Source of the DNA: an uncultured Chloroflexia bacterium
Lineage (GTDB): Bacteria; Chloroflexota; Anaerolineae; CG2-30-64-16
Direction: 5' to 3'
Assembly: GCA_963810095.1 (NCBI GenBank)
Contig: CAWEMM010000014.1
Location: forward strand, 64,001 to 128,000
Length of the DNA stretch: 64,000 nt
Made by a program: the position numbers and the translations under genes. The notes under the pieces were generated by a model. It saw only the letters and a program-made list of their open reading frames with translations. It had not been told where the DNA came from and did no database searches. Below are positions 20,744 through 30,205 of this stretch, piece after piece (position 1 is the stretch's first letter; the number at the start of each line of letters is the position of its first letter).

Positions 20744-21972
20744 ATGAGCGACACACAATCCTCGGCGACCGCCCTGGTCAATGGACGCATCGTCCTGCCC
20801 GACCGGGTGGTGACCGGGCTGGCCCTGCTGATCGAGGGCGGCCGGATTACCGGCCTTTCCCCAGCGGCGGATTTGCGGCCGGACGTCGAGCGGGTCGACG
20901 TGGCCGGCAACCTCGTCACGCCGGGCCTCATCGACATCCACACCCACGGCGCGCTCCGGCACACGTTCAACGAGCCGGACGCGAACGCCTGGACCGTCAT
21001 TACCCGGGAGAACCTGCGCCGGGGCACGACCTCCCTCCTCGCGACCTTTGCACCCACGCCCAACCTGGAACAGGAGCTGGCGTTCTGCCGCAAGTGGATG
21101 CATAGAAAGCCGGGACGGCGCCGGGGGGCACGGCGGTGCGCGGGTGCTCGGCGCGTACCTGGAAAGCCCGTTCGTCAACCTTGCTCAAAAGGGTGCGCTG
21201 GATCCCTCTTGCGTCCGCTCTGCAGACGACGGGTCGGCGGCAGCCTTGTTGGCGTATTCGGACGTCCTGCGGGTCTTCATGCTGGCGCCCGAACTGCCCG
21301 GCGCCCTCGACCTCGTCCGCCTGATCGATGCGGCCGGCATCGTGCCTGCGGCCGGCCACACGATGGCCCAGGACACGACCATACGCTCGGCAATGGAACG
21401 CGGGCTGCGCCATGTAACGCACCTGTGGAGCGCCATGTCGATGGTGGTGCGCGAGGGGCCGTGGCGCAAGCCGGGCGTGCTGGAGTCCGCGCTGACTTTC
21501 GACGGCCTGACCGCCGAAATCATCGCGGACAACCGGCACCTGCCGGCCACGCTGATGCGGCTGGCCTACAAGTGCCTCGGCCCCGACCGGCTCTGCGCCG
21601 TCTCCGACGCGCTGGCCGGGGCAGGACTGCCCGACGGCAGCACCTACACCATGGGGGGCCTCACCTACGACGTGCAGGACGGTGTCGGCATGGTGCTCGA
21701 TCGCTCCAGCTTCGCCGGCAGCGCTACGCTGCTGCCCCAGATGCTGCCCGTCCTGACGGCGGTCGTCGGCATCCCGCTCGTCGAAGCCGTGCGCATGACG
21801 ACCCTGACCCCGGCCCGGATTGCCGGCGTGGACACGGAATACGGCTCTCTGGAACCGGGCAAGGCGGCCGACCTGGTGATCTTCGACGATGCCTTTGATC
21901 GCGCAGCGCGTCATGCTCGGCGGCGAGTGGACGCAGCCGGCGACGTCACTTCCCCACACTCAAGAGGTTTAG
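20744..21972 (+). CDS. nagA: N-acetylglucosamine-6-phosphate deacetylase family amidohydrolase (frameshifts near 21110 and 21900)
   Basis: PGLIDIHTHG, GTTSLLAT, YLESPF, LAPE, AGHT, THLWSAMS, SDA, AGS, TPARIAG, GSLEPGKAADLVI. Reconstructed stop TAG 21970-21972 abuts the nagB ATG. Confidence 0.85.
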
Positions 21973-22773
21973 ATGCCAACTCAACCACTCTACGAAACCC
22001 AAGTGGACCAATTGCCCGTCAGTGTCTATCCGACCAACGACGCACTCGGGGCCGCAGCAGCCCTGGAAGCCGCCGGCATCCTGAAGGCCGCGGTTGCCGA
22101 GCGAGGCGTCGCCAACGCCATCCTCGCCACCGGGAACTCGCAGCTGACCTTCCTCACCGCGGTGCGTGCGCTGCCCGACGTGCCGTGGGGATCGGTAAAC
22201 GTCTTCCACATGGACGAGTACGTAAACTTGCCCGCCGGGCATCCCGCCAGCTTCCCGGCATTCCTCCACCGGCACCTGCTCGACCACGTCGGGGTCAAGC
22301 AGTTCTTCCCCGTGCCCGGCGTCTCGGCCGACGCGGAGGCGGCTTGCCGCGAGTACGAGGCGCTGCTGCGGGCGTATCCGGCCGACCTGACGGTAATGGG
22401 CATCGGCGAGAACGGTCACCTTGCCTTCAACGACCCGCCCTACGCGGACTTCGACGACCCGCTGTGGGTCAAGACGGTCAAGCTCGACGAGCGCTCGCGG
22501 CGGCAGCAGGTGGGCGAGGGGCATTTCGGCGGCCTCGACGAAGTGCCGACGCACGCGATCACCGTGACCATCCCCGCGCTGCTGGCGGCGAAGCGGGTGC
22601 TGGTGCTGGTGCCCGAGGCGCGCAAGGCGGAGGCGGTCAAGGCGTCTCTGCTCGGCCCGGTCACCGAGGATTGCCCCGGGTCGATTCTGCGCACCCAGCC
22701 GCACTCCCGGCTGTATCTTGACCGGGATTCGGCCGCGCTCCTGCCTGAAACGTTGTGGGCGGAGGCCGGATGA
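21973..22773 (+). CDS. nagB: Glucosamine-6-phosphate deaminase
   Basis: ATGNSQ, FHMDEY, GIGENGHLAFNDPP, VPTHAIT, KAEAV, CPGSILR, LYLD. Confidence 0.85.
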   Translation: MPTQPLYETQVDQLPVSVYPTNDALGAAAALEAAGILKAAVAERGVANAILATGNSQLTFLTAVRALPDVPWGSVNVFHMDEYVNLPAGHPASFPAFLHRHLLDHVGVKQFFPVPGVSADAEAACREYEALLRAYPADLTVMGIGENGHLAFNDPPYADFDDPLWVKTVKLDERSRRQQVGEGHFGGLDEVPTHAITVTIPALLAAKRVLVLVPEARKAEAVKASLLGPVTEDCPGSILRTQPHSRLYLDRDSAALLPETLWAEAG

Positions 22774-23957
22774 ACGGGCCCGCCGGCTTGACCGGGCGCG
22801 AACGGTTGCTGACGAGCCTGAACCACCGCGAGCCCGACCGGGTGCCCTACGACCTGGGGAGCACGCAAGTGACGGGCATCCATGTCGTCGCATACCGCGG
22901 CCTGCGGGAGTGCCTGGGCTTGCCGCCGGCGGAGCCCGCCATCTGCGACGAGGTGCAGGGCCTGGCCCTGCCCGACGGCGACCTGCTCGACGTGCTCGGC
23001 GTCGACGTGCGCGGGCTCTTCCCGCTCAACAGCCACAACGACGACGTCGCAGGCCGCGCCCGCCGCCAGGCCGCCGGCGATGGCGAGGTCGAGGCATTCG
23101 TCGACGAGTGGGGCATCACCCAGCACCGGCCCTATCCGCATGGGCTGTATTTCACCGCGGTGCGCCATCCGCTGGACGGCCCGATCACCGTGGCCGACGT
23201 CGAGCGCTATCCGTGGCCCAACACTGGGGACCCGCAGCGCATCGCGGGGCTGCGCGAGCAGGCGCTCGCGTACCGGGCCGAAGGCCGGGCCGTGATGATC
23301 AAAGGCGTGCTGGCGGGCATTTTCGAAATGGCGCAGCGGGTGCGCGGGATGGCGGCGCTCATGATGGACATGGCGTCGGACGAGGCGCTGGCCGAGGCGC
23401 TGCTCGACAGGATGCTGGTGCTCAAGCTGGACTTCTGGGAGATGGCCCTGCCGCAGCTGGCCGGGTTGGTCGACGTGGTCTCGGAGGCCGACGACTACGG
23501 CACACAGGTCTCGCAGTTGATCTCGCCGCGCATGTTCCGCCGGCTGATGAAGCCCCGGCTGGCAGTGCTGTTCAAGCGCATCCACGAACTTGCGCCCGAC
23601 GCAAAGCTCTTCTTCCATTCGTGCGGTAACGTGCGTCCCCTGCTCCCCGACTTTATCGAGACCGGCGTCGACATTCTGAACCCGGTGCACGTTCGGGCGA
23701 CCGGAATGAACCCCGTCGAGCTCAAGCGTGACTTCGGCAAGGACATCGTCTTCTGGGGCGGCGGGGTCGACACCCAGGACGTCCTGCCGCACGGCACCCC
23801 GCAGGAGGTTCGCGACGACGTACGGCGGAACGTGGAAGCGCTGGCGCCGGGCGGCGGCTTCGTGTTCAACACGGTGCACAACATCCAGGCCGACGTGCCG
23901 CCGGAGAACGTCGTGGCGATGTGGCAGGCGCTGCAGGAAGCCGGGGTGTACGCATGA
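22770..23957 (+). CDS. URO-D/MtaA-CmuA-fold protein #5
   Basis: Start at 22770 (ATGA overlap). HREPDRVPYDLG, DEWG, DDYGTQ, FFHSCG, LNPV, FWGGGVDTQ, FNTVHNIQADVPPEN. Confidence 0.85.
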   Translation: MNGPAGLTGRERLLTSLNHREPDRVPYDLGSTQVTGIHVVAYRGLRECLGLPPAEPAICDEVQGLALPDGDLLDVLGVDVRGLFPLNSHNDDVAGRARRQAAGDGEVEAFVDEWGITQHRPYPHGLYFTAVRHPLDGPITVADVERYPWPNTGDPQRIAGLREQALAYRAEGRAVMIKGVLAGIFEMAQRVRGMAALMMDMASDEALAEALLDRMLVLKLDFWEMALPQLAGLVDVVSEADDYGTQVSQLISPRMFRRLMKPRLAVLFKRIHELAPDAKLFFHSCGNVRPLLPDFIETGVDILNPVHVRATGMNPVELKRDFGKDIVFWGGGVDTQDVLPHGTPQEVRDDVRRNVEALAPGGGFVFNTVHNIQADVPPENVVAMWQALQEAGVYA

Positions 23958-25064
23958 TGGCACACCCGTTCCTCCCTTTCGAGCTGGTGTTCAATCCCCG
24001 CTGGTGGCACGAGACGGCCGGCATCTCCTTCACCCGTGACTTCTACTTCGATGCGGGAACGCGCGAGCGCAACGACGTCACCATGCGGCGAGTGCTGCAC
24101 GAGCGCTTCGGCGAGATCGGGCTGGGCGAGGCGAACCCGCAGCCCCGGCCGGTCGCGGGCTCGCTGCACGTGGCCGGCGGTTTCGCGATCCCCGCGCTGC
24201 TCGGCGCGGAGATCCAGTTCGAGCCCGACGCTGCGCCCCAGCCGCTGCCATGTCACCTGTCGCTCGAACAACTGGAGCGGCTGGAAGTCCCTGACTGGCG
24301 CAACCTGTGGCCGATGTCCGAGCTGATCGCGTCCTGGGACGAACAGCAAGGCGCGCTTCGGTTTCCTGCTGGGCGACATCAATACGGACGGGCTGCTCAA
24401 CGCGGCGTACCACTTCTACGGCCAGGACTTGTTTGCCGACTTCTATGAGGCTCCCGAGCGCGTCCGGCGGGTGCTGGACGTCATCTCGGAGCTGATCGTC
24501 GAGGTCGCACAGTACGTGCGCAGCAGGACGGGCAGTTGCTCGATTGCGGTCAACCGCATGGTCGAGCGGGTGGACCCCGCGTTGTTCCTGCATGCGAACT
24601 GTTCGGTGCAGATGATCTCGCCCCGCAGTTACAAGGCCGTGCAATTGCCCGTCGAGCAGCGCATGGCAGACCGGCTCCGGCCGTTCGGGGTGCATCACTG
24701 CGGGGCCAACATGCACCAGGTCGCGCCGGCGTACCGCGAGCTGGACCTTGCATTTGCCGATGTGGGCTGGGGGTCCGACGTGGCGGCGTGCCGGGCGGCC
24801 CTGCCGCATACGTTCCTCAACCTGCGTCTCAGCCCCATTCGGATGCTCCAGTGCAGGCCGGACGAGGTCGCGGCCGACGCGGAGCAGCTGCTGCAGGCCG
24901 CGGGGCCGCTGGACGAGGTCGGCGTCTGCTGCATCAACATGGACTATGGTACGCCGGAGGACAACATCTTCGCCGTCTACGAGGTCGTAGGCGCGGCGCC
25001 GGAGGCATGGCGGATAACCTATGACAATGTCGACGAGTACCACATCTGGCTGGCGATTATCTGA
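23954..25064 (+). CDS. URO-D/MtaA-CmuA-fold protein #6 (frameshift near 24350; the 3' end may also be shifted)
   Basis: VFNPRWW...IPALLGAEI, then ANCSVQMISP..Y, GVHHCG, DVGWGSDV, MDYGTPEDNI. ORFs 23921-24448 and 24429-25064. Confidence 0.7.
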
Positions 25065-26457
25065 AGATCGCTTTTTCGACCCCGAGCCGGCCCAACGCCG
25101 CGTCGCACGCGAGCTGTACGGCTCGGTCGCCGCACTGCCCATCGTCAGCCCACACGGCCACGTCGACGCGCGGCTGCTGGCCGACCCCGACGCCAGCTTC
25201 GGCACCCCTGCCGATCTCCTGATCATCCCCGACCACTACGTCTTCCGCATGCTCTACTCGCAAGGCATCCCGCTCGAAGCGCTGGGGGTGCCCGCGGTGG
25301 ACGGCGGCCCGGTCGAGCGCGATCACCGGAAGATCTGGCAGTTGTTTGCCGACAACTATCACCTCTTTCGGGGCACGCCGAGTGGCGCATGGCTCGACCA
25401 GGAGTTGGTGGAGGTGTTCGGCATCCCCGAGAAGCTGACGAGCACGAACGCTCAGGCCGTGTACGACGCGATCGAAGCCCGACTCGCGACGCCCGAGTAC
25501 CGCCCGCGGGCGCTGTTCGAGCGCTTCAACATCGAAGTGCTGGCGACCACGGACGCCGCGTCGGACCGCCTGGAGCCACACCGGCGCCTCCGGGCATCTG
25601 GGTGGGGCGGCCGTGTCGTCCCCACCTTCCGCCCCGATGCGGTCGTCAACTTGCTGACGACCGGCTGGAGCAACCATCTCGGGGCCCTGGCCGAGGCGAG
25701 CGGAATCGACATCAGCAGCTACGAGGACTTCCTCCGGGCGCTGGAAGACCGGCGCGCTTTCTTCAAGCAGATGGGCGCAAGTGCGACGGACCACGCAGCC
25801 GAAACGGCCTACACGGCCCGGCTGGGCGACAGCGAGGCGCACGCCATCTTCGCACGCGCGCTGAAGGGCGAGGCGAGCGCGGAGGACGCGCGCCGGTTCA
25901 CCGGCCACATGCTGATCGAGATGGCCCGCATGAGCATCGACGACGGTCTCGTCATGCAGCTTCATGTGGGGTCGATCCGCGGCCACAATGGCCGGGTGCG
26001 CGAGCGGTTCGGTGCGGACAAGGGCGCAGACATTCCCACGACGAGCGAGTTTACCCACAACCTGCGGCCGCTGCTCGAAGCGTTCGGAAACGATCCCCGC
26101 TTGACCCTCGTCCTCTTCACGCTCGACGAGACGACGTATGCCCGCGAGTTGGCCCCGCTGGCCGGTCACTACCCCGCGCTGCGCCTCGGTCCGCCGTGGT
26201 GGTTCCACGACAGCCCGAACGGCATGCGGCGCTACTTTGACCAGGTCATGGAGACCGCGGGCCTCTATAACACCGCAGGCTTCAACGACGACACCCGCGC
26301 TTTCTGCTCGATTCCTGCCCGGCACGACGTATGGCGGCGCGTGAGCTGCGACTGGCTGGCGGGCTTGGTCGTGCGTGGGCAACTCGACGAGGCGGACGCG
26401 GCCGAGATGGCGCGCGAGTTGGCCTACGGGTTGGCCAAGAAAGCCTACCGCTTGTGA
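25021..26457 (+). CDS. uxaC: Uronate (glucuronate) isomerase
   Basis: LPIVSPHGH, PDHYVFRMLYSQG, TTD, PTFRPD, TDH, MQLH, PPWWFHDS, GFNDDTRAFCSIPARHD. Confidence 0.95.
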   Translation: MTMSTSTTSGWRLSEDRFFDPEPAQRRVARELYGSVAALPIVSPHGHVDARLLADPDASFGTPADLLIIPDHYVFRMLYSQGIPLEALGVPAVDGGPVERDHRKIWQLFADNYHLFRGTPSGAWLDQELVEVFGIPEKLTSTNAQAVYDAIEARLATPEYRPRALFERFNIEVLATTDAASDRLEPHRRLRASGWGGRVVPTFRPDAVVNLLTTGWSNHLGALAEASGIDISSYEDFLRALEDRRAFFKQMGASATDHAAETAYTARLGDSEAHAIFARALKGEASAEDARRFTGHMLIEMARMSIDDGLVMQLHVGSIRGHNGRVRERFGADKGADIPTTSEFTHNLRPLLEAFGNDPRLTLVLFTLDETTYARELAPLAGHYPALRLGPPWWFHDSPNGMRRYFDQVMETAGLYNTAGFNDDTRAFCSIPARHDVWRRVSCDWLAGLVVRGQLDEADAAEMARELAYGLAKKAYRL

Positions 26458-26460
26458 TGT

Positions 26461-26496
26461 GAGAGGCCGGGTTTCGACGCGAAAACCTGGTCTCTC
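26461..26496. repeat. Intergenic hairpin (REP-like)
   Basis: GAGAGGCCGGGTTT ... AAACCTGGTCTCTC stem (G-U tolerant) between uxaC and uxuB. Confidence 0.45.
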
Positions 26497-26519
26497 TCTC
26501 AAAAGGAACGGAGCAGTGT

Positions 26520-27353
26520 ATGGACCTTGAACAACTGGCTCGCATGTACGACCTGACGGGTCGCACGTACGTGGTGACCGGCGGCACCGGGGTGTTGGGC
26601 GGCGAGGTGGCTTGTGCGCTCGCCGGCGTCGGCGCCAACGTAGTCATCCTGGACCGCAACCTGGCGCCTGCCGACGGCCTGCTCGAACGCATGGGGCCGC
26701 ACGCCTGCCAGGCAATCGCCGTGGCCGGCGACGTGCTGAACCGAGACAGCCTGGTAGAAGCTTCGCGGACCATCAACGAGCGCTTCGGTTGCGTGCACGG
26801 GCTGGTCAACACCGCGGGCGGGAACAAGCCGAATGCGACCACGGGCGCGGACCTCAGCTTTTTCGACCTGCCCGAAGACGCGCTCCGCTTCGTGCTCGAT
26901 CTCAACCTGATGGGAACGATCCTGCCCTGCCAGGTGTTCGGCCGCCAGATGGCCGAGTGCGGCGAGGGTGTCATTCTCAACTTCTCCTCGATGAGCGCGC
27001 TGCGGCCGTTGACGCGGATCGCGGGTTACTCGGTCGCCAAGGCAGGGGTGAGCAACTTCACACAGTGGCTGGCCGTGCACATGGCGAAGAACTACGCGCA
27101 GCAAATCCGCGTCAATGCGGTCGCGCCTGGCTTTTTCATGGGCGAGCAGAACCGCTTCCTGCTGACCGACAAGGACACCGGGGAACTGACCGCCCGCGGG
27201 CGGACGATCATCGATCACACGCCCATGGGGCGCTTCGGGAATCCGGAGGACCTGCTGGGCACGGTGCTGTGGTTGCTGTCGCCCGCTGCCGCGTTCGTCA
27301 CGGGTATCACCGTGCCGGTGGACGGCGGATTCTCCGCCTTCAGCGGGGTTTAG
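26520..27353 (+). CDS. uxuB: SDR oxidoreductase, D-mannonate oxidoreductase (fructuronate reductase) type
   Basis: TGGTGVLG, NTAGGN.P.AT, SFFDL, SSMSA.RPLTRI..YSVAK, NFTQWLAVH, APGFF..QNR.LL, TPMGRFG. Directly downstream of uxaC. Confidence 0.8.
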   Translation: MDLEQLARMYDLTGRTYVVTGGTGVLGGEVACALAGVGANVVILDRNLAPADGLLERMGPHACQAIAVAGDVLNRDSLVEASRTINERFGCVHGLVNTAGGNKPNATTGADLSFFDLPEDALRFVLDLNLMGTILPCQVFGRQMAECGEGVILNFSSMSALRPLTRIAGYSVAKAGVSNFTQWLAVHMAKNYAQQIRVNAVAPGFFMGEQNRFLLTDKDTGELTARGRTIIDHTPMGRFGNPEDLLGTVLWLLSPAAAFVTGITVPVDGGFSAFSGV

Positions 27354-27480
27354 CCGCAAAGCCACGAGCGGGGGGGCTTGTGCATAAACGCACGGGGTGC
27401 GAGAAACGCGCCGGTAGGTCCCTGCTGTGAGTCGGGTCAATGCGTATGGGGCGTCAACCCTGCGAGGAGCGTCGCGATTG

Positions 27481-27651
27481 GGGGTTCCGGGGGCGAAGCC
27501 CCGGAGCGGGGGCGTCGGGGGCAGGCCGGCCCCCGACAAACAAGAAGATACTCGAAGTTGGGCCGGCCGGCCCCCGGCAAACAAGAAGATACTCGAAGTT
27601 GGGGGCCGGCCCCCGGCAAACAAGAAGATATTCGAAGTTGGTCCGGCACCC
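27481..27651. repeat. GC-rich hairpins followed by three tandem copies of a 37-bp unit
   Basis: GGCCGGCCCCCG(A/G)CAAACAAGAAGATA(C/T)TCGAAGTTG starts at 27524, 27565 and 27604, separated by only 4 and 2 bp. Preceded by hairpins CCGGGGGC-GAA-GCCCCGG and GTCGGGGGC..GCCCCCGAC. Confidence 0.85.
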
Positions 27652-27672
27652 AGAAGACAGAGGCGTTGAGCC

Positions 27673-28928
27673 ATGATCCTGAGCAAAATGATATCTGAGA
27701 CGGGCGTGTTGCCGCTCGACGCGGTCAGGCAGGCCCTTACGGCCGGGCTCGCGGCCGCTTCACCGGGCAGCGAGTGCTCGTGCTGATTCCCGACCACACT
27801 CGTTCGCTGCCGCTGCCCGCGCTGTTCCGCCTGGTCGTGGAACTGCTGCACGACGCGCGCCAGCTTGACTTCATGGTCGCCCTCGGCACGCATCCCGCAC
27901 TCCCCGAAGAGTCTTTGAACCGGCTGGTGGGGATCAGCGAGGAGGAGCGGCAGACCGCCTTCCGGCACGTCGGGTTGCTGAACCACGCCTGGGACGACCC
28001 GAGCGTCCTTGCGTCGCTGGGCGTCATCGAGCAGGACGAGATCCGGGAGATCGCCGGGCCCAGCTGGCACCCCTCGCTGCCCGACAGGGTCGACGTCCGC
28101 ATCAACAAGGCAGCCCTGGCGTACGATCACATATTGATCCTCGGGCCGGTTTTTCCCCACGAGGTCGTGGGCTTTTCGGGCGGGGCAAAGTATCTGTTCC
28201 CCGGCATTTCCGGGCCGGATATGATTAACGCGACCCATTGGCTGGGCGCGTTGGCGACAGTCGTTGGCACGATCGGAATCAAAGACACGCCCGTTCGGTC
28301 GATGATCCATGCCGCAGCCCGGCGCTTGCAGACGCCCCTCACGCTCGCGGCCCTGGTCGTCGAGGGCCACGATCTCGCAGGCGTGATCGTTGGGGATTGG
28401 GTGGACGCCTGGAGCGCGGCCGCAGATTTTTCCTCGCAGCGCCACATTCGCTGGTCAAGCGAGCCGTATCGCCGCGTCCTCTCCTGCGCCCCGGCGATGT
28501 ATGACGAACTGTGGACCGCGGCAAAGGCGATGTACAAGCTCGAGCCGGCCGTCGCGCAAGGCGGCGAGGTGGTCATCTATGCGCCGCACCTGGATGTGGT
28601 GAGTCACGTTCACGGGCAGTATATTTATGAGGTGGGCTATCACGTCCTGCCCTACTTCCTGGCCGACTGGGACCGCTATCGACACGTGCCGCTCGGCGTG
28701 CTGGCCCACAGCACCCACGTGCGCGGGTCAGGCGTGATGGACGGCGGGGTCGAACGGGCAAACGTGCGCGTGACCCTGGCCAGCAAGATCTCGGCGGAGG
28801 ACTGCGCCCGGCTGAACCTGGGCTACCTGGACCCGGCGCAGATCAACCCGGCAGAGTGGCAGAATCGCGAAGACGAGGGCATTCTTTACGTGCCCCGAGC
28901 AGGTGAGATGCTGTACCGGGTGCGCTAA
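27673..28928 (+). CDS. Lactate racemase (LarA) superfamily alpha-hydroxy-acid racemase/epimerase (frameshift near 27755)
   Basis: ATG 27673 (MILSKMISE...) joins ORF 27774: LIPDHTRS, ALGTH, NHAW, PHEVVGFSGGAKYLFPGI, NATHW, AAKAMYK. Confidence 0.85.
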
Positions 28929-29021
28929 GGGGCCGCGCCGGGTTCGAGACGTGGCCCCGCAAAGAGACGGAACGGCCCGCGTTTTCTGCGCGGTCTTCCA
29001 CCACTGAAGGGAAGTTGGACG

Positions 29022-30119
29022 ATGTACGGTCTTGACATAAAAGCAGAAGGTGAGCTCGATCTCGTATCGTTGGGCGGGCTGGTCCACCGGCTCGACCCCG
29101 GGGTGATCCCTTTCCGCAAGGCGACAGAGTGCCAGATCCACGTCAGCGGCGGCGAGTTCAATGTAGCGGCCAACCTGTCGGACTGCTTCGGCATGCGCAC
29201 CGGCATCGCCAGCGCGATGGTCGATTACCCGATCGGCGACCTGATTGCCGAGCGGGTGCGCGCCATGGGTGTGACGCCTTTCTACCGGCGCTTCAAGCAC
29301 AACGGCGTCACGGGGCCGAACATGGCGACCGTGTACAGCGACCGGGGCCAGGGGGTGCGCGCGCCCGTGGTCTTCTACAACCGCGCTAACGAGGCAGCCG
29401 CGCAGCTCAAGCCGGGCGACTTCGACTGGGCCACACTCCTCGGCGGTGCCCGGTGGTTTCACAGTGGCGGCATCTTTGCCGCGCTGTCTGAGACGACCGG
29501 CGAGCTGATCATTGAGGGCATGAAGGCGGCGAAGGCTGCGGGCGCGATCACTTCGTTCGACCTTAACTACCGGGCCAAGCTGTGGAATCTGTGGGGATCG
29601 TCGCACGGCGACGCGCACGAGGTGGCGCTGGGCGTGATCCGGCGTATCGTGGAGCACGTGGACGTGCTGGTGGGGAACGAAGAAGACCTGCAGATGGGGC
29701 TGGGCATCGAGGGTCCCAAGGTTGCGGGCGGCAGCAAGTCGAAGCTCGATCCCGGCGTCTTCCTGGGCATGATCGGCAAAGTGACGGAAATGTATCCGCA
29801 GGTCAAGGTGGTCGCGACGACGCTGCGCGAAGTGCATTCGACCAATCGTCACTCCTGGGGCGCGGTGGCATGGATCGACGGCAAGACGGTCCTCTCGCCG
29901 GCCTGCGAGCTCGACGTGCTCGACCGGGTCGGCGGCGGCGATGGATTTGCGGCGGGCTTCTTCTACGGCTTGCTCGCGGGCGAGTCGGAGCAGGACGCGG
30001 TGAACCTGGGTTGGGCGCACGGCGCGCTTTTGACGACGTACCCGGGCGACACGACCATGGCGACGCTGGACCAGGTGCGGGCGTTCGCGCAAGGCGGGTC
30101 TGCGCGCATTCAGCGCTAG
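29022..30119 (+). CDS. kdgK: PfkB-family sugar kinase, 2-keto-3-deoxygluconate kinase type
   Basis: SGGEFNVAANL, RAPVVFYNR, WFHSGGI, SFDLNYRAKLW, GNEED, DRVGGGDGF. Confidence 0.85.
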   Translation: MYGLDIKAEGELDLVSLGGLVHRLDPGVIPFRKATECQIHVSGGEFNVAANLSDCFGMRTGIASAMVDYPIGDLIAERVRAMGVTPFYRRFKHNGVTGPNMATVYSDRGQGVRAPVVFYNRANEAAAQLKPGDFDWATLLGGARWFHSGGIFAALSETTGELIIEGMKAAKAAGAITSFDLNYRAKLWNLWGSSHGDAHEVALGVIRRIVEHVDVLVGNEEDLQMGLGIEGPKVAGGSKSKLDPGVFLGMIGKVTEMYPQVKVVATTLREVHSTNRHSWGAVAWIDGKTVLSPACELDVLDRVGGGDGFAAGFFYGLLAGESEQDAVNLGWAHGALLTTYPGDTTMATLDQVRAFAQGGSARIQR

Positions 30120-30205
30120 GTGGTCATCTCGTCCCGAATGTAAGCGGCGGGACGTCGGGGCCGGGCTACAGCGGTTACCATAGGGTATTGCCATTGGAGG
30201 GACCC

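Noticed and set aside
27524-27640. Possible CRISPR array (37-bp repeats)
   Set aside because: Repeats are separated by only 2-4 bp with no unique spacers, and there are no cas genes in the window
29582-30205. N-terminal extension of the prenyltransferase (517-aa ORF)
   Set aside because: It overlaps kdgK in another frame; the RBS and TTG at 30206 give a normal-length UbiA-family protein
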